DNA of 64,000 nucleotides from Octopus sinensis (Eukaryota): NCBI RefSeq assembly GCF_006345805.1, contig NC_043004.1, positions 71,982,001 to 72,046,000 of the forward strand, read 5' to 3'. Shown piece by piece: positions 51,796 to 64,000 of this stretch (position 1 is its first letter; each line of letters starts with the position of its first letter). The notes under the pieces were generated by a model. It saw only the letters and a program-made list of their open reading frames with translations, ran no database searches and was not told where the DNA came from. The position numbers and the translations under genes were made by a program.

Positions 51796-51949
51796 TATAA
51801 ATTGCCAGCAAGGGAGCAAAGCGCTACCGTTGTCCAGCAGACGGAAGGATCGCGAGACCGATTCGGTTTCGATCTAGTTCTCGGTCGCGAACAACCGGTC
51901 GCGTGTTCATTTGTTGATACGTGCGACGAATTGATGAACAAACGTAAGT
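51796..51949 (+). promoter_or_regulatory. Candidate promoter and alternative first exon
   Basis: TATAAAT (51796-51802), a CpG-rich tract with TCGCGA motifs, a first downstream ATG at 51934 and a GTAAGT donor at 51944. Confidence 0.35.
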
Positions 51950-52379
51950 GATTCTGGAAACAGGGATTCCATACATATACTTTCATGTCGCTAGTATATT
52001 TTTCATTGTTATACATATGTACATATATGCTTGTGTATATGCACATACACACACATACACTCACTCACCCACGCATACACATACACACTTATGTATTGTT
52101 AGGCATATGTATTACTATTTTTGTATATTACTCATTTATATATTGCTAAGACATATATATCTCGTTATAGATCGATATACTTATAGGAAAATTGATCATA
52201 TTTGTGCCTTCATCTAGATGTATCGATAAAGTAAGTCATGCATGCATTTGTCACAATATTATATAATCAATACACATTAACACTTTATAAACAGACTAGA
52301 AATCCCTGATATTTATAGTTACCTAATTTTCCATACAAAGCAGCCCCGTCTCGGCACTCAGTCACTGCACTGCTTCTTG

Positions 52380-53180
52380 AAAAGGAGAACCAGAAGACAC
52401 CACAACACATTATTACCATATTTATCAAATATTGCACTCAAGTTTGTTAATAGCACCATTATACACTGTAAATTGGTATCAGAGATAATCTTTTTAATCT
52501 GGAAGACTACCTTCACAAATAGCATTGCTAAAACTTAATTCGTATTACCAGGCTTTTTCCCCTTGAGAGTGTTCATAAAATGCGCACCTTTTAAAAAGTT
52601 AAAAGAAATTTCACATTAGCCTGTCTCCCAGTTATCTTGAATGGAACCACTATTATACCTCCAAACAAATTTCTATAGATATATCCTTATTTATGACGGA
52701 AAAATACGTAGGGTTTAACACATCTGCACAGCACAGTTTATATGGATCTGTGAACATGATATTGCTGATTGAATATGATTCTGGATTGAAATCATGACTC
52801 AAGAAGTTGAATCATTAGAAAAACTCAACTAAAACCCTTAATTTACAACAATTGCTAAGCGTCAAAACCTCTGTTAGTATCTTAAGGTAATATTCATCTT
52901 ACTATAATGGGCCTTATGTCCGTCTATCCGCCACTTTGCCTGTTCCCTCTTCACAGATGGACCAGTGGTTACGATATTTCGGGGGATTACAAAGACGGTC
53001 GTCAGGAAGTTTTTTAGCATTACAAAATCAGAAAGTAGGATTATTTTGTGGATATCGATTTTCGAATTCATAAACCACCTTCGCTTTTTTATTAAAAGTT
53101 CACCGACCACGAGTGACTCTGGATTTTCATCGTATAGTTCGTGGCCCCATCACAGGGGGTCGCAAGGACGGTTAATAGTG
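52380..53180 (-). mobile_element. Possible Helitron N-terminal relic
   Basis: Minus FCNAKKLPDD...GKV resembles the Helitron N-terminal C..C.A.K region; heavily degraded. Confidence 0.35.
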
Positions 53181-53367
53181 AAAATAAAATGGGAAAAGTG
53201 AGTGTCAGTATATAGTGTGTGTGATTATTTAGTGGTTATTGAAGTGACAGTAGAGCAGGATTCGAAACGGCTAATCGAAGTGGCTGTTGCTCGCATCTCA
53301 GTTTTGTCAATCAAAATAAACCATATCAGAACATCCAGACATTATTCGCATAGAGATAAATCTTAGT

Positions 53368-53577
53368 TTGATTTTTTGCAACCCTAAAGGTTTTGCTCGC
53401 GTATTCACAGCAAACAAAGCACAGGGCCAGACATTAGATCGTGTAGGTGTATTTTTACCTACTCACATGTTTACAAACGGCCAGTTATACGTCGCTATGT
53501 GTAGAGCAAGGGATTCCACTAATTTGAAAATTAGTGTCGACCAAACAGAAAATATCGTCTACAAAGAAGTTCTGTAA
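53368..53577 (+). mobile_element. Helitron helicase C-terminus (second family)
   Basis: TANKAQGQTLDRVGVFL...FTNGQLYVAMCRA...TENIVYKEVL*. Confidence 0.85.
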
Positions 53578-53819
53578 TGATATTGATATTATCGAAAGGA
53601 ATATGATTCATAATTTAAAAAAGGAAATTTGTGAACTTCGAATGTATAAGATTATAAACAAGCGTAAAATCGCGTAAACAACTAAAATAAAAGTATATTG
53701 AAAAATAACATTTTTCTCTTAATAATGTAGTGGTCGAAGGAAGCTCTGGCTTTCGTTAGGAATGGTCCACATAACCATTTGTGATACATCTAATTAAGTA
53801 CAATTTATTGTTCATGCAG

Positions 53820-53911
53820 GTAAACATTGGCAGAAAGTATTTGAGATAACCAAAAATTCATTTGAAAGAAGTCCTATTTATCTATACTGGGACATTTTGC
53901 CTATTAAAAAG
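53820..53911 (+). CDS. Gene B coding exon 2
   Basis: atgcag|GT...AAG|gtaatg, 92 bp; KHWQKVFEITKNSFERSPIYLYWDILPIKK. Confidence 0.9.
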
Positions 53912-54059
53912 GTAATGTAGTTCTGAAAGTTCAAAACGTTTATCATTTAATTAACAAAGTGTAATTATTTAACATTCTGCAGGGTATTTGATTTTTACCC
54001 TTTTTCTCTCAATATAGAATGGTGTATATAATTACTGCTCTGGTACACTCCATGTAATT

Positions 54060-55540
54060 CATTATCATTATCATCATCATCATTGCATTTGCACAGCTTC
54101 TAAATCTGAGGATGTACTACGGCGTTAGCTGTTCTCTACCAGTGAACTAAGGTAATACTTCTAATTTTTCGGGCACCTTCCGGAGTATTCAAGCGCTTCC
54201 AAGCAGTGCTGTTTTCTGCAAGTGTTCCACCCTTATTGCAGCCTGTATTTGTTCCACGTACTTCTCAAGATTTTTGTTCACTGTTCCCAGAGCTCCGACA
54301 ATTATTGGTACTACTGCTACCTTTTTCATCGACCACAACTGCTTAACCTCCGAAGCTAACCTGTCATACCTGTCGACTTTTCTTTCTTCCTTATCGCATA
54401 CCTTGTTGTCAGCTGGGCATGCTATATCTATGATCCAGCATAGTTTGATTTCTTTCTCAATTAATACTATGTCTGGCTTCCTGTTCTCTATCTCATGGTC
54501 GCACTGAATCATAAAATCCCACAGGATCTTTGCATTTTCATTTTCGATGTTGCCTCGGAATTTGTGGTCGTACAAATTTTTTACTTTGTCAAGTGTCCAA
54601 TGGACAAGCCTTGCTATATTGTCGTGGCGTCTCTTATATTACTTCTGGGCTAGTGGCGCACATTGGCTGGTAATATGCCATACGGTTTCACCATTTTCCC
54701 GCAGATTCTGCATTTATCACTTTCTGATGTGTTGTCTATTCTGTATTTTATGTAGTTTGTTCTTAGTTCTTTCTCTTGGGCAGCACAGATTAGAGCCTCC
54801 GTTTCCGTTTTCAAATCACTTTTAATCATCCACAGCTATCTTTTCTCTCTGTTTGTTTTATCTTCAACATCCCTACGAAATTGTCTATGCATTCTTTTCT
54901 TTACCCACCTATTTTCAGTTTCACTCGTTTTCAATTGCTTGTACAGTGCTTTATCTTTGCAATCTTTCGCCCTACACAGGTTTGACCTTCTTACATCTAA
55001 TAATAGCGGTTCTGTGGCATTTTTACAAACCATGCTATGTTGTTTTCCTCTGCTTTAATGATCTGTTCGCATCCAATCAGTCCTCTTCCCCTCTTTTTTC
55101 TTGGGACATAAAGTCTGTCTGTGTCAATTTTTAGGCGGAGTGCCCCATATCTAGTTAGCAACTTCCTTGACTTTCTGTCTAAGATGTTTATTTCGTCTAT
55201 TGTCCTTGCGATTATTCCCGCTCCATATGTAAGGAGTGACACCGCCCAGGTTTGATAGCTTCAATTTTATTGCGTCCGTTTAATTTTGATTTACGGATCA
55301 GTCTCAGTCTGCGCAAGTATTCCACGTAATTTTTTCTGTCATTTCTTTCTCCATCAATTTATGTTTCCAAAATCCCATGTACTTATAGCCTATCTCTTCT
55401 ATCTTCTTCATAACCTCCACTGACAATATTTTTTTCCCATCCATACATTTAATTTTGCCTCTCTTAAAGACTAGCACACCACACTTTCTCAGTCCGAACT
55501 CCATTCTGATATCAGAACTGAAATATACACCGCATATTAT
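54060..55540 (-). mobile_element. R4/Dong-like RLE LINE 3' part (decayed)
   Basis: MEFGLRKCG, YKY.G, RLYVPRK..GRGLI, ILWDFMIQCDHEIENRKPDIVL, IDIACP, VPIIVGALG. Confidence 0.85.
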
Positions 55541-55564
55541 TATTGTTATTATTATTATTATTAC

Positions 55565-58500
55565 TTTTTTTTTTTCTTCTTTCAAACTTTCTTCCATTTC
55601 TTGCCGAGTGTCTTCCCGACTCCTAGGGCAAAGAAACTCATAGTGTATATTGGTAGGCCATTAAACCAAACTCAGAAGTTCGTTCATTTCTTTTTTTTTT
55701 TTTTAAGTTAGATTAAAATACATGAGCAGCAACAGTTCTCACATCGACAATGCTCTTCTCAATACGTGTGATGTACCAGTTAAGACAATCTTTTGCACTT
55801 CTTGCAGGGATGGTAAGCCAGGGATCATTCTCATATAATTTTCGGTTCCCTTCTTGATCATTCCTAGTGCTCCTACGATCACTGGTATTGTAACCGCCTT
55901 GAGATGCCACATTTTCTCAATTTCAATGAGTAGGTCTTTATATTTTCTGAGCTTGTCAAACTCTTTCGCTGAGATATTATGATCACAGGGGATGCTCATG
56001 TCGATCAATAAGCAAACTTTATTGTTTTGGTCTTTCACAACATCTGGTTTATTGGCCTTGATGGTTCGGTCTGTATGTACTGGAAAGTCCCACAGAATGG
56101 TTACATTTTCTCCTTCAGTTACAGCCTCAGGGTGGAGATTATACCACTTGTCGGCAGTTTTGATATTGTAATGCCGACTTATTAGCCAGTGGAGATATTG
56201 GCCAACTCTGTCATGTCTTAATTTATACTCCACTGGTGCTAAGACTTTACATCCAGAGATTAGGTGGTCCACCGTTTCAATCATGTCGTTGCAGAATCGG
56301 CATTTTGGGTCTGCTCCATTTTTCATCACATTGGCCTGGTCGTTCCGGGTTAATAGGCTTTGGTCTTGAGCAGCCAGGATGAAACCTTCGCTCTCTGCTT
56401 TTAGCCCTGAGCTCCGCAGCCACTGATGGGTTTGCTTCTGGTCAACATCAGCTTGTTTGCTGCGGGTCACATATTTGCCGTGCAGAGGTTTCTCCTCCCA
56501 CCTATCAGCCAATTGCTCGTGCGCCTTTTTCATTGCCATCATTTTCACCTTCTTTGCAACAATAGTTGCCGTACTTCCCTCGGGTTGTTCAGATTGGGTA
56601 TCCTGCACGAGATCAATAGCAAATTTTTTGCTTTCCTTGATGATAGAATGAAGCTTTTTCGTCTCTCGTGATTTTCCACGAGCTTTAGCATCCAGTCATT
56701 CGATATTTCGAGATATTTGGCCAGTCCAATTGTGGTTGTTTTGTAAGCTAGTTCAAATTGGATCAGGCCTCGACCTCCTTGGGCTCTGGGAAGGTAAAGG
56801 CGATCTACGTCTGCCTTTGGGTGGTGCATCCTATTACAACTCAGCAGCTTGCGTATTTTTCTATCTATATTCTTTACTTCACTCATATTCCAGTTCAACA
56901 CATTGTAGCTATAAGTAACAACTGGAACTGCTAAGGAATTTATAGCTAACACCTTGTTACGTGCATTTAGTTCAGATTTCAGGACTGCACGAACTCTCCT
57001 ATAACATTCCTTCCTGATTTTCTCTTTCATGCTTGCTTGCTGAATACCAGAGCCTTCATTTATCCCTAAATATTTGTATGTCTGTTCTTGCTCAAGCTCT
57101 CTTATGACTGTGTCAACATCTAACACGACTGAATTTGTGGTCTTCACTTTCCCTTTCTGGAAAGTGAAGACCACAAATTCAGTCGTGTTAGATGTTGACA
57201 CAGTCATAAGAGAGCTTGAGCAAGAACAGACATACAAATATTTAGGGATAAATGAAGGCTCTGGTATTCAGCATGCAAGCATGAAAGAGAAAATCAGGAA
57301 GGAATGTTATAGGAGAGTTCGTGCAGTCCTGAAATCTGAACTAAATGCACGTAACAAGGTGTTAGCTATAAATTCCTTAGCATTCCAGTTGTTACTTATA
57401 GCTACAATGTGTTGAACTGGAATATGAGTGAAGTAAAGAATATAGATAGAAAAATACGCAAGCTGCTGAGTTGTAATAGGATGCACCACCCAAAGGCAGA
57501 CGTAGATCGCCTTTACCTTCCCAGAGCCCAAGGAGGTCGAGGCCTGATCCAATTTGAACTAGCTTACAAACAACCACAATTGGACTGGCCAAATATCTCG
57601 AAATATCGAATGACTGGATGCTAAAGCTCGTGGAAAATCACGAGAGACGAAAGAAGCTTCATTCTATCATCAAGGAAAGCAAAAAATTTGCTATTGATCT
57701 CGTGCAGGATACCCAATCTGAACAACCCGAGGGAAGTACGGCAACTATTGTTGCAAAGAAGGTGAAAATGATGGCAATGAAAAAGGCGCACGAGCAATTG
57801 GCTGATAGGTGGGAGGAGAAACCTCTGCACGGCAAATATGTGACCCGCAGCAAACAGCTGATGTTGACCAGAAGCAAACCCATCAGTGGCTGCGGAGCTC
57901 AGGGCTAAAAGCAGAGAGCGAAGGTTTCATCCTGGCTGCTCAAGACCAAAGCCTATTAACCCGGAACGACCAGGCCAATGTGATGAAAAATGGAGCAGAG
58001 CCAAAATGCCGATTCTGCAACGACATGATTGAAACGGTGGACCACCTAATCTCTGGATGTAAAGTCTTAGCACCAGTGGAGTATAAATTAAGACATGACA
58101 GAGTTGGCCAATATCTCCACTGGCTAATAAGTCGGCATTACAATATCAAAACTGCCGACAAGTGGTATAATCACCACCCTGAGGCTGTAACTGAAGGAGA
58201 AAATGTAACCATTCTGTGGGACTTTCCAGTACATACAGACCGAACCATCAAGGCCAATAAACCAGATGTTGTGAAAGACCAAACAATAAAGTTTGCTTAT
58301 TGATCGACATGAGCATCCCCTGTGATCATAATATCTCAGCGAAAGAGTTTGACAAGCTCAGAAAATATAAAGACCTACTCATTGAAATTGAGAAAATGTG
58401 GCATCTCAAGGCGGTTACAATACCAGTGATCGTAGGAGCACTAGGAATGATCAAGAAGGGAACCGAAAATTATATGAGAATGATCCCTGGCTTACCATCC

Positions 58501-60095
58501 CTGCAAGAAGTGCAAAAGATTGTCTTAACTGGTACATCACACGTATTGAGAAGAGCATTGTCGATGTGAGAACTGTTGCTGCTCATGTATTTTAATCTAA
58601 CTTAAAAAAAAAAAAAAGAAATGAACGAACTTCTGAGTTTGGTTTAATGGCCTACCAATATACACTATGAGTTTCTTTGCCCTAGGAGTCGGGAAGACAC
58701 TCGGCAAGAAATGGAAGAAAATTTGAAAGAAGAAAAAAAAAAAACGGTTACTTTCTCCTTCCCTATTTCTCTGTAGAATTTTTTGGCATTGGATGTGAAC
58801 AGCTTATTTTGCTTGTAAAACTTGTTTCTCTTCTCAAATCTTCGTATTCTTTGGGCTTTTGCTTGGACTTTTTGTTTCAGCGTTTCTTTTATTGATATCA
58901 GTTCTTCTCTTGGTGAGGATCCAAATTTTCTCTTCATCTTTATTCCTGTTCTGGATCTTACATCATTTCCACATATTAGTTCATTTAATATTGATATGTC
59001 CCCTCTCATAAATTCAATCTCTTTTTCAATTTTACTTCTCCAGGTTTGATTTCTTCCCAGGTTTTGTTTTCTTTGTTTTTTCGGGGGCATACAGCTGGTT
59101 TCAATTGCCCTAGCAGAAGCGTAAATAATTTCATTTAACTCAGTAAAATCAGGTTTTAATTCTCGTATTATTTCATTTGTTACATAGTTGCCAATTTGGA
59201 TTTGTTTTTTTATTTGGTTTGTATTTGAGAGTTTATGAAGCGGTTCTCTATCATTCATACTTGTATGTCTTACAACTTCAAGCGTATTCAGGATTTTCTG
59301 CCTCATTTCTGCCATAGACTCTCTGTGTTCTTCAGCAAATGCGAGATCTTCAGTTACTGTTGTTTTTTCGTTTTCCTGGCTATCTTTAACAGGTACAATA
59401 GAATTTCTTGTATCTTCAGGCCTTTGCGTACTTTGGTCAGATGGCACTCTTTCAATTAAGCCTCGTGGCGGGCTATACTGTTCATCTGATTCTTCATTTC
59501 CTTTGTGTCTTATATTTATGTCATTTTCCGTTGCGTGCTTGATCGCACTTATTTCACTGTCTGTGAGTCTTTTATTTCTAAAGATATCCCTCCTCACATT
59601 TGCTAATTTGTTCTCGTCCAAATAGGGCCTACTGTCTTGATTCCGTGTTCTCCATATACTGTAAGAGTTTGCGGTGTGTCTCTCTTGAGTTGGCCTACCT
59701 AATGCATAGTAATAAGCGTATATTACTTCTTTATACTCTTCTCGGGTCCATTTGTTCCGCTTACATTTTCTTTCTGTGGTGGTTGTGGTGGTGAACTTGG
59801 AGGGCTCGAGTTGGGGGATTTCCCGTTCAACTGACCATCCATGTCCGTATTCGGAGAAGAGTTTGTGCCAGTTGATGACTTTTCGATCCCAGGCTGGCTC
59901 TTCCCTGGGGGACGCGCTTCCAGATTAACCATAGGACAAGCGATTTGGTATACTGATTTAGTTTTCCTTTTAGTTTCCAAAAACATTTTGGTGCTACGAT
60001 AATGTTATCATTTTTTAGCTTTGATTGGCTCGTGGGGAGACGGCCATCATTGCCGTTACAATTATAATCGTACCATTATAGCAGCCGTAGTCGGC
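55565..60095 (-). mobile_element. Young R4/Dong-like RLE LINE with an internal 3.2-kb palindrome
   Basis: 5' UTR and N-terminal ORF at 60095-58745 (minus); an inverted 3' half at 57159-58744 (plus); the 3' half at 57152-55565 (minus) with CCHC knuckle, RHD, ILWDF and ANKPD; tail in (TAA)n. Confidence 0.9.
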
Positions 60096-60527
60096 TTATT
60101 ATTGTTATTGTCTTCACCATTACCATCACTATCATCATTATCACCACCATTACCATCATCATTATCATCATCACCATCACCATCACCACCATCATCATCA
60201 ATGATATTGTTTTATGTGTAGTCACAGCAGTAGCTTATTATTGTTATTTTTGTTTTTTTATCATTATCACCATCACAGTAGTGTCTGTCTGTCTCGTTGG
60301 CTGACTTGGTGGTTGGCTGGCTGACTGTCTTCAATGCCAGAGTTCTTGCCTGTCAAATAATACTTTCATATTTGGTTAACAATAGAGCCGAGGTGAGGTT
60401 TGTGTGTGTGTGTGTAGATAGATAGATAGAATATCAGCACTATTACTATCTTTTTTTTTTCCTTTTTTTGGTGGGGTCAAAAAAAGTTCAGATGTTTACT
60501 ACTATTAGCCTTAAGAAAAATTAAGGA

Positions 60528-61445
60528 AGGGCTGTTCTGTATTGTTTGTGAATAGAGAAGTTGTGTTCGACCAGAGAGAATCTTAGCATCATCATTTTTT
60601 TTCCCATGTGCGTTTGTGTTATTGCAATAAAAAGTGTTTGTATATTTCGTGTAAGGTAATATTGTGGAGGTTGAAGTTGACTTTTCTAGAGATGTTTGTA
60701 TGTCCAGTTAGAAGAACAGGTGTGTTTTTGCAATAAAAAGTATATGTTTACATTTATATTTGAATATTCAGGGAGGAAGCAAAGAAAAGTCAGATTTTCA
60801 TAGAAAGTTTTACGGTTTTGAAAGTCCACAAAAAGAAAAGCGTGATGTTTTTAGAGAGAAGAAAAAAAAAGGATGTTTACAGAGGCAATTGTGGGTATCA
60901 AAGTTTTTAAAGCTGGTCGAATGTATAATTGAAAACTGTAGATATGTAAATTTGTAAATTTTCTTAACTTATTTTGAAGGGCTGTTCTGTATTATTTGTG
61001 AATAGAGAAGCTGTGTTCGACCAGAGAGAATTTTAGCATCATTTTTTTTCCCATGTGCGTTTGTGTTATTGCAATAAAAAGTGTTTGTACATTTCGTGCA
61101 AGGTAATATTGTGGAGGTTGAAGTTGACCCCTCTAGAGATGTTTGTATGTCCAGTTAGAAGAACAGGTGTGTTTTTGCAATAAAAAGTATATGTTTACAT
61201 TTATATTTGAATATTCTGGGAGGAAGCAAAGAAAAGTCAGATATTCATAGAAAGTTTTAGGGTTTTGCAAGTCTACAAAAAGAAAAAAAGAAAAGCGTGA
61301 TGTTTTTAGAGAGAAGAAAAAAAAAAGAAAGAAAGAAAAAAGGGTGCTTACAGAGGCAGTTGCGGGTATTAAAGTTTTTAAAGCCGATCGGATGTATGTT
61401 TGAAAGCTGTAGATACGTAAATTTGTAAATTTCTTAACCCACTTT
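60528..61445 (+). repeat. ~450-bp tandem duplication
   Basis: AAGGGCTGTTCTGTATT starts at about 60528 and 60977; the copies are visibly diverged. Confidence 0.85.
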
Positions 61446-61634
61446 GAAGAGAATTTCAAATACTCACGAGCTATTGTAGATGTTCCAGTCTTTGAGAGTT
61501 ATTTTTCCCCGTTGCTAAACTGGCCCATATTAGTGTTTCTATGGCTTTCGGCCACCGAACTGTCAGAGCAGTGAGGAACACGTCCAGCCGCTGTCAAGGC
61601 TGGTGCTCTTCTCTTCTTCTTCTTCTTCTTCTTC

Positions 61635-61699
<65 letters not shown>

Positions 61700-61705
<6 letters not shown>

Positions 61706-62815
61706 TAGTTTTATTTTTATAGCGTGCTTTCACTTCACTACCGAGCACAGCTCTGTGTGCCTTGGGTATGTGCTGTGATTTGTTGTGATGCTCTGATGGT
61801 TATTGTATGGAAAGTGTTCTGCGTAGGATGTGTGCAGTGCCTAGTAGTGCAATTTTCTGTATGTTATATGTGTTTGTAAGTCCTGGTGTTTTTGTTATGT
61901 ATTTGTCTGAATATTTTTTTATCATGCCTAATGCACCTACTATGATAGGAATTGTTTCTGTTTTCAGATTCCACATTCTAGTTACCTCTATTTCCAGGTC
62001 TTTGTATTTTGAGAGTTTCTCCATTTCTTTTAGAGACACGTTGTCATCAGCCGGTATTGATACATCAATTAGAAAGCATTTTTTTCTTCATGATCTCTGA
62101 CAACTATATCTGGTCTGTTGGCCTTAATTTCTCTATCTGTGTGTATCCCAGAGTATGGGATATCCCAGAGTATGGTTGCTTTCTCGTTTTCTGTGACCTT
62201 TTCTGGTGTGTGCCTATACCATCTTTTTTCTGTTGTTATTCCATAATGTTGGCATAGCTTCCAATGTATGTAGGTTCCAACTCTGTCATGTCTGTGAATA
62301 TATTCCTTCTTAGCCAAGACTGGGCAGCTAGAGATAATATGATTTATTGTTTCTTGTCCATCTCCATATATTCTGCAGTTACTTGTAATATTTCTTTTCA
62401 TTACATGTTTTTGGTAATTTCTGGTGGGGAGGCTTTGGTCTTGTGCTGCAATTAAAAATCCCTCTGTTTCTGCTTTGAGTCCTGAGCTTCTCAACCATTG
62501 CTGGGATTTTTCTTTGTCTATTTCTTTTGCGTTTAGTTTAGTCCAGTATTTACCATGAAGGGGCTTTTCTTGCCATCGTTTTATCATGGTTCGTTGCTGT
62601 TCTATTTTTAGTTTGGATTTCATTTGTTTTATAGCTTTTGTTGTTTCTTCATCTTATTCTTCTTCTTCATGTTTATTAGGTGGTATGATTTCTTGTTTGT
62701 ATTTGTCAGCTTCCTTAAATACTGAGAACAGTTTTTTGTTTTGCTCGTGTTTTGCCGCTATCTGGATCAGTTTTCCTTCCTTCTGAAGTAGATATTTTTG
62801 CAGTCCTATGGTGGT
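61700..62815 (-). mobile_element. R4/Dong-like RLE LINE 3' fragment
   Basis: WQEKPLHGKY, SGLKAETEGFLIAAQDQSL, INHIISSCPVL..KEYIHRHD, ANRPDIVV, IPIIVGALG; (TAA)n on both sides (61637-61700, 62826-62899). Confidence 0.9.
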
Positions 62816-62830
62816 TATTATATAATAATA

Positions 62831-62899
<69 letters not shown>

Positions 62900-62900
<1 letters not shown>

Positions 62901-63310
62901 GAGTGAGAGGGCAGTGCATGCCATCAAAGTGACATTGGGGTAAAATATACGAAGCCTAGTATACCCATCTTAACGACCCGTCTGATAATGATAAATCAGG
63001 TACATGCGTTACAACAATACGTTCTCGACATCGTGATCTCATGTTAAAATAACCAGCACATGACCTTACAGGAGGAGCCAGCTCCAGTTACGATTTCTTT
63101 TAGGTCGAATAGCCCCCTGAGTGAGGTTTGTTTAAGGATGTTGAACAAAACACCCATGTCTCCAGAGGTGAATTATCCAATCCCCAAAGAATTCCTCTCA
63201 ATACATGGCTATGATGCTTCCCCACTATTTCTGCTCGTGATTAGAGATGCAAATATTTTTACTCGTCACAAATGCAACGGAACGTTTGCAAAGACTCTGA
63301 AATCATAAAT
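62900..63310 (-). mobile_element. Non-coding interspersed repeat (homologue of 22140-22690)
   Basis: GAGTGAGAGGGCAGTGCATGCCATCAAAGTGAC and AAACACCCATGTCTCCAGAGGTGAATTAT match the 22-kb element in reverse. Confidence 0.7.
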
Positions 63311-63365
63311 CAAATTCTAAGTAGTCCGATTTTCTGTTTTATAAGTCGCTTATAACTCCTAAACT

Positions 63366-63450
<85 letters not shown>

Positions 63451-63682
63451 TACATTTTGCCCTCTAAATTTTCGCACCTTCACTTTCTTCCTTTTTCAAC
63501 TTCTCTATTCATTTTTCTCTTTTATTCTAAGGCTCTTACTTCCCCATTTTCTCTCTCCCTCTCTTACTCACCCACCTTATCTATCCCTATATATCGTCCT
63601 TCTCTTCTTTCTCTTTCTGCTATTCATTCCTCTCTCATTCTCTTAGATTCCTAATTGACCCGTATCAACTTTCCATTTACAG

Positions 63683-63831
63683 GTGGAATTTCAGTTGAGT
63701 CGACCTAATAAAACTTACTCGCTAATTTTCAATGGAACGGGGACAAATTCCACATCGTGGTTCCGGGAAGATAAACTCATTTCCCATCCTTTGGCAAGCG
63801 GTACTCCAATGAAATTTACATTCAATAATAA
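63683..63831 (+). CDS. Gene B coding exon 3
   Basis: tttacag|GTG...AAT AA|gtatat; VEFQLSRPNKTYSLIFNGTGTNSTSWFREDKLISHPLASGTPMKFTFNN; the gene presumably continues beyond the window. Confidence 0.85.
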
Positions 63832-64000
63832 GTATATATTTTCTCCTTAATATTTGTTTGCATCCTTCATGTTTTCATGAGAGTAGAAATGATTCCTAGC
63901 AAAGTCATAGAATCGCATATTTTAAGGGAAGGGTAAAAGCGATTTTATTGTGTTCAGTAATTAACAGGTATTACTTTACTGAGTGGCCCAGTAGTTAGGG

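Noticed and set aside
98-52217. Numerous ORFs made of YI/CV/MYVC/HTYI/LSIY strings
   Set aside because: They are translations of (TA)n, (TG)n, (ATAC)n and (GATA)n microsatellites, which lack stops in some frames.

Overview
AT-rich, microsatellite-dense animal genomic DNA; the SINE families and repeat landscape suggest an octopus or other coleoid cephalopod (inference). Most of the window is repeats. These include tRNA-derived SINEs, Penelope-like elements, RTE, Tx1/L1 and CR1 fragments, and many R4/Dong-like LINEs with a restriction-like endonuclease (RLE) sitting in microsatellites. There are also Helitron helicase relics, MITE-like hairpins and a solo LTR. Two divergently oriented paralogous host genes were reconstructed from splice sites and mutual similarity: gene A on minus (exons 19654-19325, 16899-16808, 16557-16406) and gene B on plus (44873-45202 with a duplicate at 50414-50743, then 53820-53911 and 63683-63831). 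Both encode a signal peptide, a PAN/apple-like Cys domain and an unnamed WQKVFE...YWD...SWF domain, with exon sizes 330/92/149-152 and phases 1/0/2. The 3' exons were not located. The most notable observations are: (1) several families of minimal type I hammerhead ribozymes, including one with an intact core in a 325-bp inverted-repeat-bounded element about 280 bp upstream of gene B's ATG exon; (2) a LINE whose RT region is replaced by a 3.2-kb fold-back palindrome centred on a short native hairpin; (3) RLE LINEs flanked by (ATAC)n rather than (TAA)n; (4) one SINE insertion with a TSD carrying about 10 tandem 183-bp units; (5) a 5.5-kb duplication of gene B's first exon that breaks at the tip of a pre-miRNA-like hairpin and may partly be an assembly artefact. 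All calls were made by eye, with no database searches or folding computations.
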